This document shows positions 9,723 through 18,700 of a DNA stretch of 64,000 nt, piece after piece (the stretch's first letter is position 1; every line of letters starts with the position of its first letter). Origin of the DNA: Gemmatimonadaceae bacterium (GTDB taxonomy: Bacteria; Gemmatimonadota; Gemmatimonadetes; Gemmatimonadales; Gemmatimonadaceae); contig JBKJUW010000030.1 in assembly GCA_046589725.1 (NCBI GenBank), forward strand, positions 92-64,091, written 5' to 3'. Both the position numbers and the translations under genes were made by a program. Below the pieces are notes generated by a model, which searched no databases, was not told where the DNA came from, and saw only the letters and a list, made by a program, of their open reading frames with translations.

Positions 9723-10715
9723 ATGGAGCTCCTGATGACGCTTTCAAAGCTGTCCCGCACCCCACTCGCGTTCGTACTGCTCGCCTCCGCATGCAGGGTT
9801 CAGCAACAGTCGCCGGCGGCCGGCGTGGATGATCATATGTCGCATATGTCGGCCGCGGACATGAAGGCGCCCGCCGTTGCCGCGATGAGCAGCCAGGGCA
9901 TGGCCGGACTGCCGGCGAGCGCCAACTCCGCGCCGGCAAGACTGGCGGCGAGTCCGCGCCACAGCGAGTGGGTGAAGATCGCGTGGGCGCCAGGCTCTCC
10001 GGATTCGCTGATGGCGTGGGTGGTGTATCCGTCGACGTCGAATGCGCATACGCCGGTCGTCGTCGTGGTGCACGAGATCTTTGGATTACAGACGTGGGTT
10101 CGGGGAGTAGCGGACCAGGCGGCGGCCGACGGATTCATCGCGATCGCACCCGACCTGCTCTCGCGCGTACGCGGTGGTCCGAGCACAGTGGAGCTCACCG
10201 GTGATTCGGCGCGGAAGCTCATTCGGGACGTCCTCATCCCCGAGCGCAATCGTGGCATCACCGCCGTGGCGAACTACGCGATGGCGTTGCCGTCCGCGGC
10301 GGCGAAGTACGCGGTGATCGGCTATTGCTGGGGCGGACAGACGGTGTGGGGTGCGGCGATGAACAACGGCAAGGGGTTCTCTGGCGGAGTCGCCTTCTAT
10401 GGTGCCTTTCCTTACATGAACGGCGCGGTGCCGGACGCCGATTCCATGGCGAAGATCCAGATGCCGCTGATGCTGTTGAGCGGATCGAAGGACGCGCGCA
10501 TCGGCGCCTCGATGCCGGCGCTCGACTCGACGATGAAGGCGCTGGGCAAGTGGTACGTGGGCAAGAACTACGAGGGCGCGGACCACGGCTTCCTGCGCGC
10601 GCAGAATGATCCGAAGACACCGCGGGACGAGGCGAATGAAGCAGCCAACCTCGCCGCCACAGTTGATGGATGGCCGCGGACTGTTGCGTTCCTGAAGAAG
10701 AACCTCGGCATGTGA
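9723..10715 (+). CDS. dienelactone hydrolase family protein, secreted
   Basis: ATG at 9723 within ORF 9423..10715 gives a signal/lipobox-like LAFVLLASAC. Also VVVVHEIFGL, the nucleophile context IGYCWGG, and a C-terminal DHGF. Confidence 0.8.
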   Translation: MELLMTLSKLSRTPLAFVLLASACRVQQQSPAAGVDDHMSHMSAADMKAPAVAAMSSQGMAGLPASANSAPARLAASPRHSEWVKIAWAPGSPDSLMAWVVYPSTSNAHTPVVVVVHEIFGLQTWVRGVADQAAADGFIAIAPDLLSRVRGGPSTVELTGDSARKLIRDVLIPERNRGITAVANYAMALPSAAAKYAVIGYCWGGQTVWGAAMNNGKGFSGGVAFYGAFPYMNGAVPDADSMAKIQMPLMLLSGSKDARIGASMPALDSTMKALGKWYVGKNYEGADHGFLRAQNDPKTPRDEANEAANLAATVDGWPRTVAFLKKNLGM

Positions 10716-10732
10716 GGCGACCGGAGTCGGCA

Positions 10733-10751
10733 CCACGACGACAGTTGGCGG
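10733..10751. repeat. solo copy of the 19-nt palindromic-element core
   Basis: CCACGACGACAGTTGGCGG (1 mismatch to the core), 18 nt after the dienelactone hydrolase stop. No inverted partner is nearby. Confidence 0.7.
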
Positions 10752-10811
10752 AGCGTCCCGTAGAGCGGGTGAGTGAGCGCGCCGCCCGTCATCGGCGCGC
10801 GACGCGGCCGG

Positions 10812-10838
10812 TGATCACTCCAATTTCCTGATCACTCC
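10812..10838 (+). promoter_or_regulatory. direct repeat TGATCACTCC x2 upstream of 10875 CDS (possible operator or promoter element)
   Basis: TGATCACTCC at 10812-10821 and 10829-10838 (17-bp period), about 40 nt upstream of the ATG. Each unit contains the TGATCA palindrome. Confidence 0.3.
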
Positions 10839-10874
10839 GCACGACGCTTAGTTCATGCAGCAACAGCGAGGAGA

Positions 10875-11534
10875 ATGCGCACAATGACTATTAACCAGGC
10901 GGAGTCGTCGACGCTTCAAGCTCTTCAGGTGCAGGAAGTTTTGCTCAGCAGGCAGCTGGCCGCGGCTGAGGTCAGGCTGAAGAACTATGAGCAGCAGTTT
11001 TCGACGACGACCAGCACAGTGCGCCTGAACGAACTGGTCCGCGACCGGGAAAATGTCGCCACCCTGCGGTTGCAGCTCGAGGGCGTGAGATTCCAGATCA
11101 TGAACGGCAAATCAGGTGCGACACAGTCCGGGCGTCAGGTGATCGCACGCGTGGAGAATGGACCAGTCATCATGACCGTGGTGCCCGCCACTGTGGGCAC
11201 CACGGAGCAGCCTCTCACCATGTTTGGCCTCACGCCGAGTGAGCTACGCGGACCGGCCGAATTCATCCTGCTGCTTCCCCTCGTCCTCGCTCTTTCGCGG
11301 TGGATCTGGCGGCGCAGTCCCACTCGTGCGAATCGCGATAATTCGCTCGAGGGGAACGCCCAGATCAACCGGCTCGAGCAGTCCGTCGAGGCGATCGCCA
11401 TCGAGGTCGAGCGCATCAGCGAGGCGCAACGCTTCTCGGCGAAGCTGATGGCGGAGCGACCGCAGGAGCCGGTGATCGAGCGGTTGAGGGCGTCGGTCAA
11501 GCCGCAGCGGCGAGTGGTCACGCCGATCCCGTAA
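10875..11534 (+). CDS. hypothetical bitopic membrane protein with coiled-coil segments (paralogue 1)
   Basis: 219 aa. GAGGAG lies upstream of the ATG. An N-terminal heptad-like region is followed by the central TM helix FILLLPLVLALSRWIW and the C-terminal helical region NRLEQSVEAIAIEVERISEAQRFSAKLMAERP. It is paralogous to 11753..12421. Confidence 0.7.
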   Translation: MRTMTINQAESSTLQALQVQEVLLSRQLAAAEVRLKNYEQQFSTTTSTVRLNELVRDRENVATLRLQLEGVRFQIMNGKSGATQSGRQVIARVENGPVIMTVVPATVGTTEQPLTMFGLTPSELRGPAEFILLLPLVLALSRWIWRRSPTRANRDNSLEGNAQINRLEQSVEAIAIEVERISEAQRFSAKLMAERPQEPVIERLRASVKPQRRVVTPIP

Positions 11535-11550
11535 CTGCTGGACAGCGGAA

Positions 11551-11680
11551 CCGCGATGACAGTTGGCGGAGAGAATAGAAAGAACGGATTTCGGAGCTGG
11601 ACGTGGGAAAGTGCCTGGAGCATCCGGAATCAGGGTCCGACGACCGTCTGTTCCGGTTTTTCTGCCAACTGTCGTCGCAG
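11551..11680. repeat. palindromic dispersed element, 'open' form
   Basis: CCGCGATGACAGTTGGCGG at 11551-11569 and CTGCCAACTGTCGTCGCAG at 11662-11680, with the same inner AGAACGGATTTCGGA architecture as the 12.5-kb copy. Confidence 0.8.
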
Positions 11681-11752
11681 TTCTGCGGTCTGGGTTCAAG
11701 AGAGATTCGCCAGTTGACCGTCGCATCGACTCACGCATACGGAGGCAGCCGA

Positions 11753-12421
11753 ATGCCCGGAACGATGACCACGCAGAATGCATCGACCACCACGCCGATG
11801 CAGGTGTATCAGGGGCAGGAGGCCGACCTCGTCAAGCAGCTCGCCACCGCCGAAGCGAGCCTCAAGAGCTACGAGAAGGCGCAGTCCGCGATGAGTAGCT
11901 CAGAGCGCGAGCTCAACATCCTCGTGCACCAGAACAGGGCGCAGCGGGTGGTTGAGCTGCGCGGCGACCTCGACGCCCTGCGGCAGAGGATGGCGGACGT
12001 ACGCGCGGGAGTTGCCGCCGAGGGGGGGCCGGTGCCTGCGCGGGTCCCAGGACCGCTGATCGGGACGGACGGGCCAGCCACCGCGAGCACCGTGGAAGCG
12101 CCGCACTTTTTCGGCCTCGAGCCCAGACAATTTCGCGAGCCTGCCCTCTTCCTCCTGCTGCTGCCGCTCATCCTTGCATTCTCGCGGTGGATCTGGCGAC
12201 GGACCCCTGCGCGCACCCGTCGCGAAAATGCGCTCGAGGGCAGTGCCCAGATCAACAGGCTCGAGCAGTCTGTCGAGGCAATCGCCATCGAGGTCGAGCG
12301 CATCAGCGAGTCGCAGCGCTTCTCGGCGAAGTTGATGGCCGAGCGACCGCATGAGCCGGTGATCGAGCGGTTGCGGGAGTCGGTGAAGGTGCCGCGAAGA
12401 GTGGTCACGCCACTGCCGTAA
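11753..12421 (+). CDS. hypothetical bitopic membrane protein with coiled-coil segments (paralogue 2)
   Basis: ATG at 11753 is preceded by GGAGG. The track ORF start at 11603 would read through the repeat element. The architecture matches 10875..11534, and the C-terminal roughly 60 aa are nearly identical. Confidence 0.7.
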   Translation: MPGTMTTQNASTTTPMQVYQGQEADLVKQLATAEASLKSYEKAQSAMSSSERELNILVHQNRAQRVVELRGDLDALRQRMADVRAGVAAEGGPVPARVPGPLIGTDGPATASTVEAPHFFGLEPRQFREPALFLLLLPLILAFSRWIWRRTPARTRRENALEGSAQINRLEQSVEAIAIEVERISESQRFSAKLMAERPHEPVIERLRESVKVPRRVVTPLP

Positions 12422-12429
12422 CGGCGGAA

Positions 12430-12558
12430 CCGCGACGACAGTGGGCCGAAAAAACGGAAAGGACGGATTTCGGACCCGGATATCGGAACGCGCTCGAGGC
12501 ATCCGAATTCCGGTCCGACGCCCGTATTTCCCGCTCTTTCCGCCAACTGTCGTCGCAG
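12430..12558. repeat. palindromic dispersed element, 'open' form
   Basis: CCGCGACGACAGTGGGCCG at 12430-12448 and CCGCCAACTGTCGTCGCAG at 12540-12558. It is followed by the same TTCTGCGGTCTGGGTTCAAGA.GATTCGCCAGTTGACC flank as the 11.6-kb copy. Confidence 0.8.
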
Positions 12559-12666
12559 TTCTGCGGTCTGGGTTCAAGAATGATTCGCCAGTTGACCCCC
12601 CGCTGACCCGCTGGCGACCATACCGGCTGAGATTGGATCCGTCGAAACCATCCAATCCATCCAGCC

Positions 12667-14034
12667 ATGCTCGCAACGATGCAACCCACCGCGCCTCAGG
12701 ACGCTAGCTCCTCCACCCAGCCGACCAACCGTAAGGCAGGCTGGCGCGCCCCACAGCCGAACTCGGCGATGATGTGGCTGCTCGGGATCGTTAACCGGTG
12801 GTTGCTGTTCGGCCTGCCGTTCCTGCGCCGCATTCCGTTTGTCCGCGACCTGCCGCTCGTCCACGGCTACTTCTGGGTCCGCGACCTCGACCTCCCGGCG
12901 GTCGACCGCGCGACCCTGGCGGCGGCGGTAAACGCTGGCACCGTCGCCTTCATGGGACCGAATCACCCCGAGTTCGGCACTGACTGGCTCATCGACAAGG
13001 AGCTCTCGACGGTGGTGGCACCACGCATGGCGAGCTGGGCCGACCGGGGGATCGTCGCGGCTGCGCCGAAGTTCTGGGGCATGAACAACCTGATCGCCAA
13101 CGACGGCGGCGACGACGCGAGGGAATATTCCGTCGCATGGGCTGGAAAGGGCGAGGGCGTGCTCCTGCATCCGGAAGGTTCCGTCCGCTGGACGAACGAC
13201 ACCGTGCACTCGCTCTTTTCGGGCATCGCGCAGATGGCGCTGAAGGCAACAGAACGCTTCGACAAGCCTGTCTACATCGTGCCGATCGTCTGGAAGTACC
13301 GCTTCGTCAACGACATCAGTGTGCGTCTCACCCGTGAAATGCAGTTGATCGAGCGCGCGCTGAAGCTCCCGCGCGGGGACCAGTCCTCGGTCGCAAGCCG
13401 CTTCCATGCACTACAGCTGAACGTCCTCGCGCGACAGATGCAGACGTTCGCATACGACAACGCGACGCCTGGTGACTTCTTCGCACGACAGCTTGCGTTC
13501 CGCCGCGCGCTCGTTGAACAGCTGGAGGCTCGCCACGTCGTCGAGTCGTCGAGCGACATGGACAAGCGCGTCGCGCGACTCGCGAGCACAGTCAGGCGCG
13601 CGCTGGCGCAGTCACGGTCCGACACGGGAACAGAAGCCGCCAGTCGGCAACGCGACCTGAAGCATGACCTCGCCATGGCCGAAGAAGCAAAGCGGCTCGG
13701 CGAATTCACGGCCGACGTCTACAGAACTCCGCTGCTCACGCAGGAGCAGTTGTCGGAAAGCCTCAAACGGATTCGCGACCGCATGATGCGCAGGGGCTGG
13801 CGGAACACCATGGCCAACATGCTGCCGAGGCCTCTTGGACCGCGCGTGGTGCATGTCGCCGTGCCCAAGGCCGTGCGCGTCATGCGCGACGAAGCATCGT
13901 CGCTCGGTGACTACGAGCGCCGGCTGCTCGTGCTCGTGCGCATGCGCATGCAGCGCGCGCTTGATGAGATCAACCAGCGCATTGAGCCCGAAGTACGGCG
14001 CTTTGCGCACCCGAATCCGTTCGTCGAGACTTGA
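12667..14034 (+). CDS. acyltransferase, PlsC/LPLAT-like, with long helical C-terminal extension
   Basis: FMGPNHPEFGTDW resembles the NH(x4)D box but with one extra residue (H-x5-D by my count), and VLLHPEGSV matches the PEG box. An N-terminal hydrophobic segment is present. Confidence 0.6.
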   Translation: MLATMQPTAPQDASSSTQPTNRKAGWRAPQPNSAMMWLLGIVNRWLLFGLPFLRRIPFVRDLPLVHGYFWVRDLDLPAVDRATLAAAVNAGTVAFMGPNHPEFGTDWLIDKELSTVVAPRMASWADRGIVAAAPKFWGMNNLIANDGGDDAREYSVAWAGKGEGVLLHPEGSVRWTNDTVHSLFSGIAQMALKATERFDKPVYIVPIVWKYRFVNDISVRLTREMQLIERALKLPRGDQSSVASRFHALQLNVLARQMQTFAYDNATPGDFFARQLAFRRALVEQLEARHVVESSSDMDKRVARLASTVRRALAQSRSDTGTEAASRQRDLKHDLAMAEEAKRLGEFTADVYRTPLLTQEQLSESLKRIRDRMMRRGWRNTMANMLPRPLGPRVVHVAVPKAVRVMRDEASSLGDYERRLLVLVRMRMQRALDEINQRIEPEVRRFAHPNPFVET

Positions 14035-14094
14035 GGGGCGTCAGGGGATCAAGGCCTTTGGAGGCCGCGCGGGCTTCTGGAAGTAGCACGCCGT

Positions 14095-14508
14095 TTACGT
14101 GGTGGGATTCACCCCGATCACCTCGCCAGCGTTCTCACCCGCTTCGCCCTTCGTCAACCAGTCGAGCGCCTGCGCCTCTGTATCGAACAGCCGCATCGGT
14201 CGCCCCGTGAGTCGCGCCACCTTGTCCGCAAGAAACCGCTTCATTCCGCTGATGCCAATCAACGCATGCCGGCGAACATAGGGATTCGTCAGCGCCGAGC
14301 TATCCTTGAAAAGGTTCACGACCGCGCCGGAGGCCACGGTGTCTCGCAAATCAATGAGCACGAGCACCGACCCCTTTAGCTCGCGCTGGATCTCCACATC
14401 CGCCTCGTGCACCTCGGCGCGCAGTCCATCGATGTCCGTCTTGAAGTTGGCGTAGTCCAGGTGTAACACGGCCACGCCGTGCCAATGGATCCATCGTGAC
14501 TTGAGCAT
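14095..14508 (-). CDS. hypothetical protein, possibly SpoIIAA/STAS-like fold
   Basis: 137-aa ORF on the same strand and 69 nt downstream of the TPR-like gene. The family assignment is only an impression from size and alternating strand/helix pattern. Confidence 0.45.
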   Translation of the reverse strand: MLKSRWIHWHGVAVLHLDYANFKTDIDGLRAEVHEADVEIQRELKGSVLVLIDLRDTVASGAVVNLFKDSSALTNPYVRRHALIGISGMKRFLADKVARLTGRPMRLFDTEAQALDWLTKGEAGENAGEVIGVNPTT

Positions 14509-14577
14509 TCACCGAATGTTGGAGACGGCCCCACCCTGACGGAGAATATACGACGCATTCTCCGCGGTCGGTTGATG

Positions 14578-14994
14578 CTACAAATCCGCGCTTCGATTTC
14601 CCCGTGGTGGCGCTTCGAGACGCGCGCTGGCTGGCCGCGCCTGCCTCGACCAGCGTGCCGCCTGTTTCACGTTGCCCAGCTTCACGTAGGCATCGGCGAT
14701 GAGGTTGTCATCCTCGCGCGCGTGTCGAACACGCAGCACGAGCGACCGCTCCAACGCAGCAATGCATTCGCGATAGTGTCCCGCGGCGTGAAGTCGCTGG
14801 CCGATGCGACTCCATGCGTCGGCATCGGTAAGACGCTGCGCGATCGCCTCTTCCCATTGCTCCACCGCGCTCGCCGACGACGACTGTGCCGTCGTCGGCG
14901 TATCGTCGCTCGTCACGTGCGGCCCCTGCGCTAGCGAGGCTTGGGGGCCAAACCCCACCGACACGAGCCCCGCAATCAATACGGCGCGTCTCAT
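14578..14994 (-). CDS. small secreted TPR-like protein
   Basis: Start taken at MRRAVLIAGLVSVG... (14994), whose ATG overlaps the TGA of the upstream HEAT gene (ATGA at 14991-14994). Helical pairs such as AWSRIGQRLHAAGHYRECIAALERSL and IADAYVKLGNVKQAARW are present. Confidence 0.55.
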   Translation of the reverse strand: MRRAVLIAGLVSVGFGPQASLAQGPHVTSDDTPTTAQSSSASAVEQWEEAIAQRLTDADAWSRIGQRLHAAGHYRECIAALERSLVLRVRHAREDDNLIADAYVKLGNVKQAARWSRQARPASARLEAPPRGNRSADL

Positions 14995-16367
14995 GGAAAG
15001 GGCCGCGGGCGGGGCCATGGCCACGGCCATGGGTTGAATGAGTTGTTGCCCGCGAGCCCTCGCACCGCTGCCTCACGCACCGACGCGTCGCTCGACGTCA
15101 GTAACTCGGTGAGCGACTCCTCCGACTTTCCGCCCGACTTGATCATCGCACGGATCAGCGCGCGACGAACCTCGTTGCTCTTCTCCGCCTTCAACGCATC
15201 GCGGATGGCGCCGAGTGCCACGGGATCGCCGATCTGGCCGAGCGCCCACGCGGCCTTGAGGCGCACATCGTCGCTGTCATCCCTCAACGCCTTGAGCAGG
15301 CCCGCCGGCGCCTTTCCGCCTTCGCCGCGCAATTGGCCAATGCCCCACGCCGCCGTACCGCGCACGCGGGGACTGCGGTCGCTCTCCGCAGCCGCACCGA
15401 GAGCTTCCACGGAGCTGCGATCGTTCAACTCGGCGAGCGCCCACGCGGCCGTCTCGCGAACGGCATCGTCGTCGTCCTTTCGCAGTGCCGTTGCAAGAGC
15501 CGTCGTCGCACTGCGTCCACGAGAGTTGCCGAGCGCCCACACGATCATCTCGCGGACGCGCGCATCGCGCTCCTTGCCGAGCGCGGTACCGAGTGCGGCG
15601 ACCGCCTCACTGGCTTCCTTCTGCCCAAGTGCCCAGGCGGCAACGCGCCGTACCCGTGGCGACTCGTCCTGCTGAAGCACGCGCATCAGCGCGGCGACTG
15701 CGCTCGTGGAATCGAGGTGCCCCACAGCGACGACAGCCGCCTCGCGCACTTTCGCGTCCTGGTCGCCGAAGAGCGTTACCAGCGGAGCAAGCGCGCGCCC
15801 ATTGTCGATCCGCCCAAGTGCCCACGCCGAGTTGGCGCGCACGTTTGGTGTGGCATCGTGCAATGCGTTGATGAGCGCACCGATCGCCGAGGCGGGTCGT
15901 GCGATTCCCAGGCCGAACGACGCCACTTCACGCATGGCAGCATCAGGTGACGCAAGCCGCGTCAACAATGCAGCGGCAACAGCCTCGCTACGCTGTCCAC
16001 TCACCAGCCGCACCGAGAGTTCACGCACACACGCATCCGGCGACGCGAGGCCCGCGAGAAGTCGCTCATTGTCGGCCGCGGAGAACAGCGCTTCATTCCG
16101 CCTCCGATAGTCGTCATCGCGCAGGCTCGACGCTCCACCAAGTGGTGTGTACGGCGCGTCTGTACGATCGCCCCACCCGTAGTTGCGCACCGATTGCGCG
16201 GCGAGTGCGCAGATCATCGCCGGCGCGCCATTCGCGGCAGTGAGCAGTGCGCTAACGTCGATCGGCGCGGCATTCTCTCCGAGCGCGTCGTACGTTCCAG
16301 CCGCCGCTTCCGCGCCACTCATGCAGGCAAGCATGGTTGCGGTGAGGATCCCGACTATGCGTTGCAT
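14991..16367 (-). CDS. secreted HEAT-repeat (PBS-lyase-type) protein ending in PWPWPWPRPRPFP
   Basis: ATG at 16367 (GGAG upstream) gives the signal peptide MQRIVGILTATMLACMSGAEAAAG. About 10 repeats of the D..VR..AAWALG type follow. The C-terminal tail is shared with the adjacent M56 protein. Confidence 0.8.
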   Translation of the reverse strand: MQRIVGILTATMLACMSGAEAAAGTYDALGENAAPIDVSALLTAANGAPAMICALAAQSVRNYGWGDRTDAPYTPLGGASSLRDDDYRRRNEALFSAADNERLLAGLASPDACVRELSVRLVSGQRSEAVAAALLTRLASPDAAMREVASFGLGIARPASAIGALINALHDATPNVRANSAWALGRIDNGRALAPLVTLFGDQDAKVREAAVVAVGHLDSTSAVAALMRVLQQDESPRVRRVAAWALGQKEASEAVAALGTALGKERDARVREMIVWALGNSRGRSATTALATALRKDDDDAVRETAAWALAELNDRSSVEALGAAAESDRSPRVRGTAAWGIGQLRGEGGKAPAGLLKALRDDSDDVRLKAAWALGQIGDPVALGAIRDALKAEKSNEVRRALIRAMIKSGGKSEESLTELLTSSDASVREAAVRGLAGNNSFNPWPWPWPRPRPFP

Positions 16368-16470
16368 GATTGCTCCGTTGGCGATGCCCGCAAGTGGCCG
16401 GGCGTAAGGGTGAAAAATCAGCACTGTTGTCGGAAAGAACGGGCGCATTGCTGCGCCCACTCCTGAGCGA

Positions 16471-18696
16471 TCAGGGGAATGGCCGCGGCATCGGCCAGGG
16501 CCACGGCCACGGTCCCGCTGCGTGACCGCCGGCAAGAGCGCGCACCGCCATGTTCTTTACCCGCGGATCCGAAGATTCGAGCAAGCCCTTCAATGCATCG
16601 ACTGACTGCTCGCCGAGCACCGCGAGCGACCGGATCATTGCAAGCTGGACGTTGGTGTCCTGCTCCACCTTGAGCGCACTCTCGATTGCGGGCGCTGCCG
16701 ATACGTCCGCGATGTTGTAGAGCGCCCATGCGGCAACCTTTCGCGTGCGGGCATCCTTGTCCTTCAGCGCCGCGATCAGCGCCTTCGGAGCCTGCTTGAG
16801 CGAGATGTTTCCAAGCGCCCAGGCGGCGCGCTGGCGAAGCTCCACCGACGGATCCGATAGCGCGGCGCCAAGCGCATCGGCCGCCGTGCGATCGTTGTAC
16901 TCGCCGAGTGCCCACGCGGCCGTCGCGCGCACATGTTCGTCGGTGTCGCTCCTGAGCGCAGCGACGAGCGCATCTGCTGCGATCGACTGGTGGCTGCCTC
17001 CCACGAGCGCCCACGCCGCCATCTCGCGCACATGCCAGTCGGTATCGTGCCGAACGGCGCCCGCAAGCGCCTCGCTCGCCACCTGCGTCTCCGCGTATTC
17101 CTGAAGCCCCCACGCCGCGATGCGGCGCAGCGAGGCGCTCGTGTCACTCTTCAAGACACGCGCGAGTAGGACGGGCCGATCGTCGAGACCCTTGTCGCCT
17201 TTCCGTTCCTGCGAGCCCCTGTCGGCCTTCAGCCCCTTCGTATCGATGCCGAGGGAGGCGAGTACTGCCGCCGCCGTGGTGATGCCGATTCGCGCGCTCG
17301 CGTTCGCGAGGGCTGTCGTGGATGCCTCGATGCTCATCTCTGATCGCGGCTCGGCCAACGCAGTCGACGCACCCCCCAACGGAGCGAACGATTGCAAAAC
17401 TGCCGTCGACGTCTTCGTCGACTTCACGTACGAGGTGCGCTGCGACATCACACCGGGCTCGCCCGAGTTCGGATACGCCGGCGCCTGCACGCGCAGCGGA
17501 GCATCATGCAATACTGGGGAAGCCACGATGGGCGCCTTCACCTCGGCGGCCTTTTGCACGGGCGGCGTCACCGCGACGACGGCCGCATTTGCCGAGCGCG
17601 CGACCGGCGCAACGGCACCAACGGTCAGCGAGATCAACGCCAGCGCCGCAATGAGCGCCGCTGACTGCTTGCGACTCGGCGTCGAATGCCGCAGGTGTGG
17701 ATCGAGTATGGCGAGCATGCGTCCTTCAAACTCCTTGCGCCGCGCCATCGCGAGCGCCACGAGGGGGGTGGAATCGCCACGCACCGACGTCACGATGTCG
17801 AGCAGGTGCTCCGCGTAATCGGTCGCGCGAGTTCCACAGGCGAGGGCAAGATCGTCGCAGGCGCGCTCGCTCTCGGAGCGAAGGCGCTTGGCGGCGGTCC
17901 AGACGAGTGGGTGGAACCAGTAGACGGCGCACGCAAGGCGGCCAAGGGTGTGGCCGATCAGGTCGTGGCGACGAACGTGTGCGAGCTCGTGGAGGAGCAC
18001 GGCGCGACGGCGGTCGAGCGTCCAGCTCTCGGATTCTGCGGGCAGCACGATGGTGGGCTTCGTGATGCCGCAGGCAAACGGCATCTTCGCCTCGGTGCTT
18101 TGGAGGAGGCGCGGCGCGTCGTCGAGTCCGATGCGGTCGGCGATCTCGAAGAGCGGCGTCATCCAGTCGGGCGAGTCGAGCGGGCGCGCGTTGCGCACGA
18201 TGCGCCGCACGCTCATGCCTGCCCAGGCGAGGCTGAGCAAAATTGCGATAACGACTGTCCCCCAGATTGCGACGATGAGCGAGAGACCGCTCAACGCGAA
18301 CCACGATATGGGCGATATTGGTGGGGTGGTCGCGGGGGCGCGGGTTCCGGGTCGCGTGCTGATCGACGATCCAGTCGATGAGGCGCTGATCACGACGCCG
18401 CTCCGTGAGACGACCATGGCATCCCCCTCACCATTGCCAGACCTCGACGAGACCTCCTGACCGCTCGGCGCGTCGGCGACGGAGACGTTGAAGTCGTAGC
18501 CCGTCTTTGGAAGTACAGGGAGGCGCAGCGGTGACCACGCGGTCAGCGCGGGAACGCACAGCAGGCCACCGAGTGTCACGAGCCACACCAGGTGGCGTGC
18601 GGTCGCCGACGTGCGCTGCATCGCGATCGTGATGCCGAGTGCGGCGACGAGGATGACCGTCGCCTTGATGAGCAGAACGAGGAGGGAGAAGGTCAT
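16471..18696 (-). CDS. M56-family (BlaR1/MecR1-type) membrane metalloprotease with C-terminal HEAT-repeat domain
   Basis: N-terminal TM helices, zinc motif LLHELAHVRRHD, a later TM helix LIAALALISLTVGAV, an Ala/Pro-rich linker, about 6 HEAT repeats (VREMAAWAL, VRATAAWALG, LRQRAAWALG...), and the tail GPWPWPWPMPRPFP. Confidence 0.85.
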   Translation of the reverse strand: MTFSLLVLLIKATVILVAALGITIAMQRTSATARHLVWLVTLGGLLCVPALTAWSPLRLPVLPKTGYDFNVSVADAPSGQEVSSRSGNGEGDAMVVSRSGVVISASSTGSSISTRPGTRAPATTPPISPISWFALSGLSLIVAIWGTVVIAILLSLAWAGMSVRRIVRNARPLDSPDWMTPLFEIADRIGLDDAPRLLQSTEAKMPFACGITKPTIVLPAESESWTLDRRRAVLLHELAHVRRHDLIGHTLGRLACAVYWFHPLVWTAAKRLRSESERACDDLALACGTRATDYAEHLLDIVTSVRGDSTPLVALAMARRKEFEGRMLAILDPHLRHSTPSRKQSAALIAALALISLTVGAVAPVARSANAAVVAVTPPVQKAAEVKAPIVASPVLHDAPLRVQAPAYPNSGEPGVMSQRTSYVKSTKTSTAVLQSFAPLGGASTALAEPRSEMSIEASTTALANASARIGITTAAAVLASLGIDTKGLKADRGSQERKGDKGLDDRPVLLARVLKSDTSASLRRIAAWGLQEYAETQVASEALAGAVRHDTDWHVREMAAWALVGGSHQSIAADALVAALRSDTDEHVRATAAWALGEYNDRTAADALGAALSDPSVELRQRAAWALGNISLKQAPKALIAALKDKDARTRKVAAWALYNIADVSAAPAIESALKVEQDTNVQLAMIRSLAVLGEQSVDALKGLLESSDPRVKNMAVRALAGGHAAGPWPWPWPMPRPFP

Positions 18697-18700
18697 TGTC

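Noticed and set aside
9505-12558. Integron-like cassette array (CALIN): four consecutive plus-strand genes separated by similar palindromic elements that contain GTT...AAC
   Set aside because: On either strand the elements read GTTGGCG...CGCCAAC, with GTT first, whereas attC sites read RYYYAAC...GTTRRRY. The 7-mers fit the attC consensus only at AAC/GTT plus two positions. The stems are perfect, without the extrahelical bases typical of attC. No IntI integrase or attI is present. The same element also occurs in divergent and convergent gaps elsewhere.
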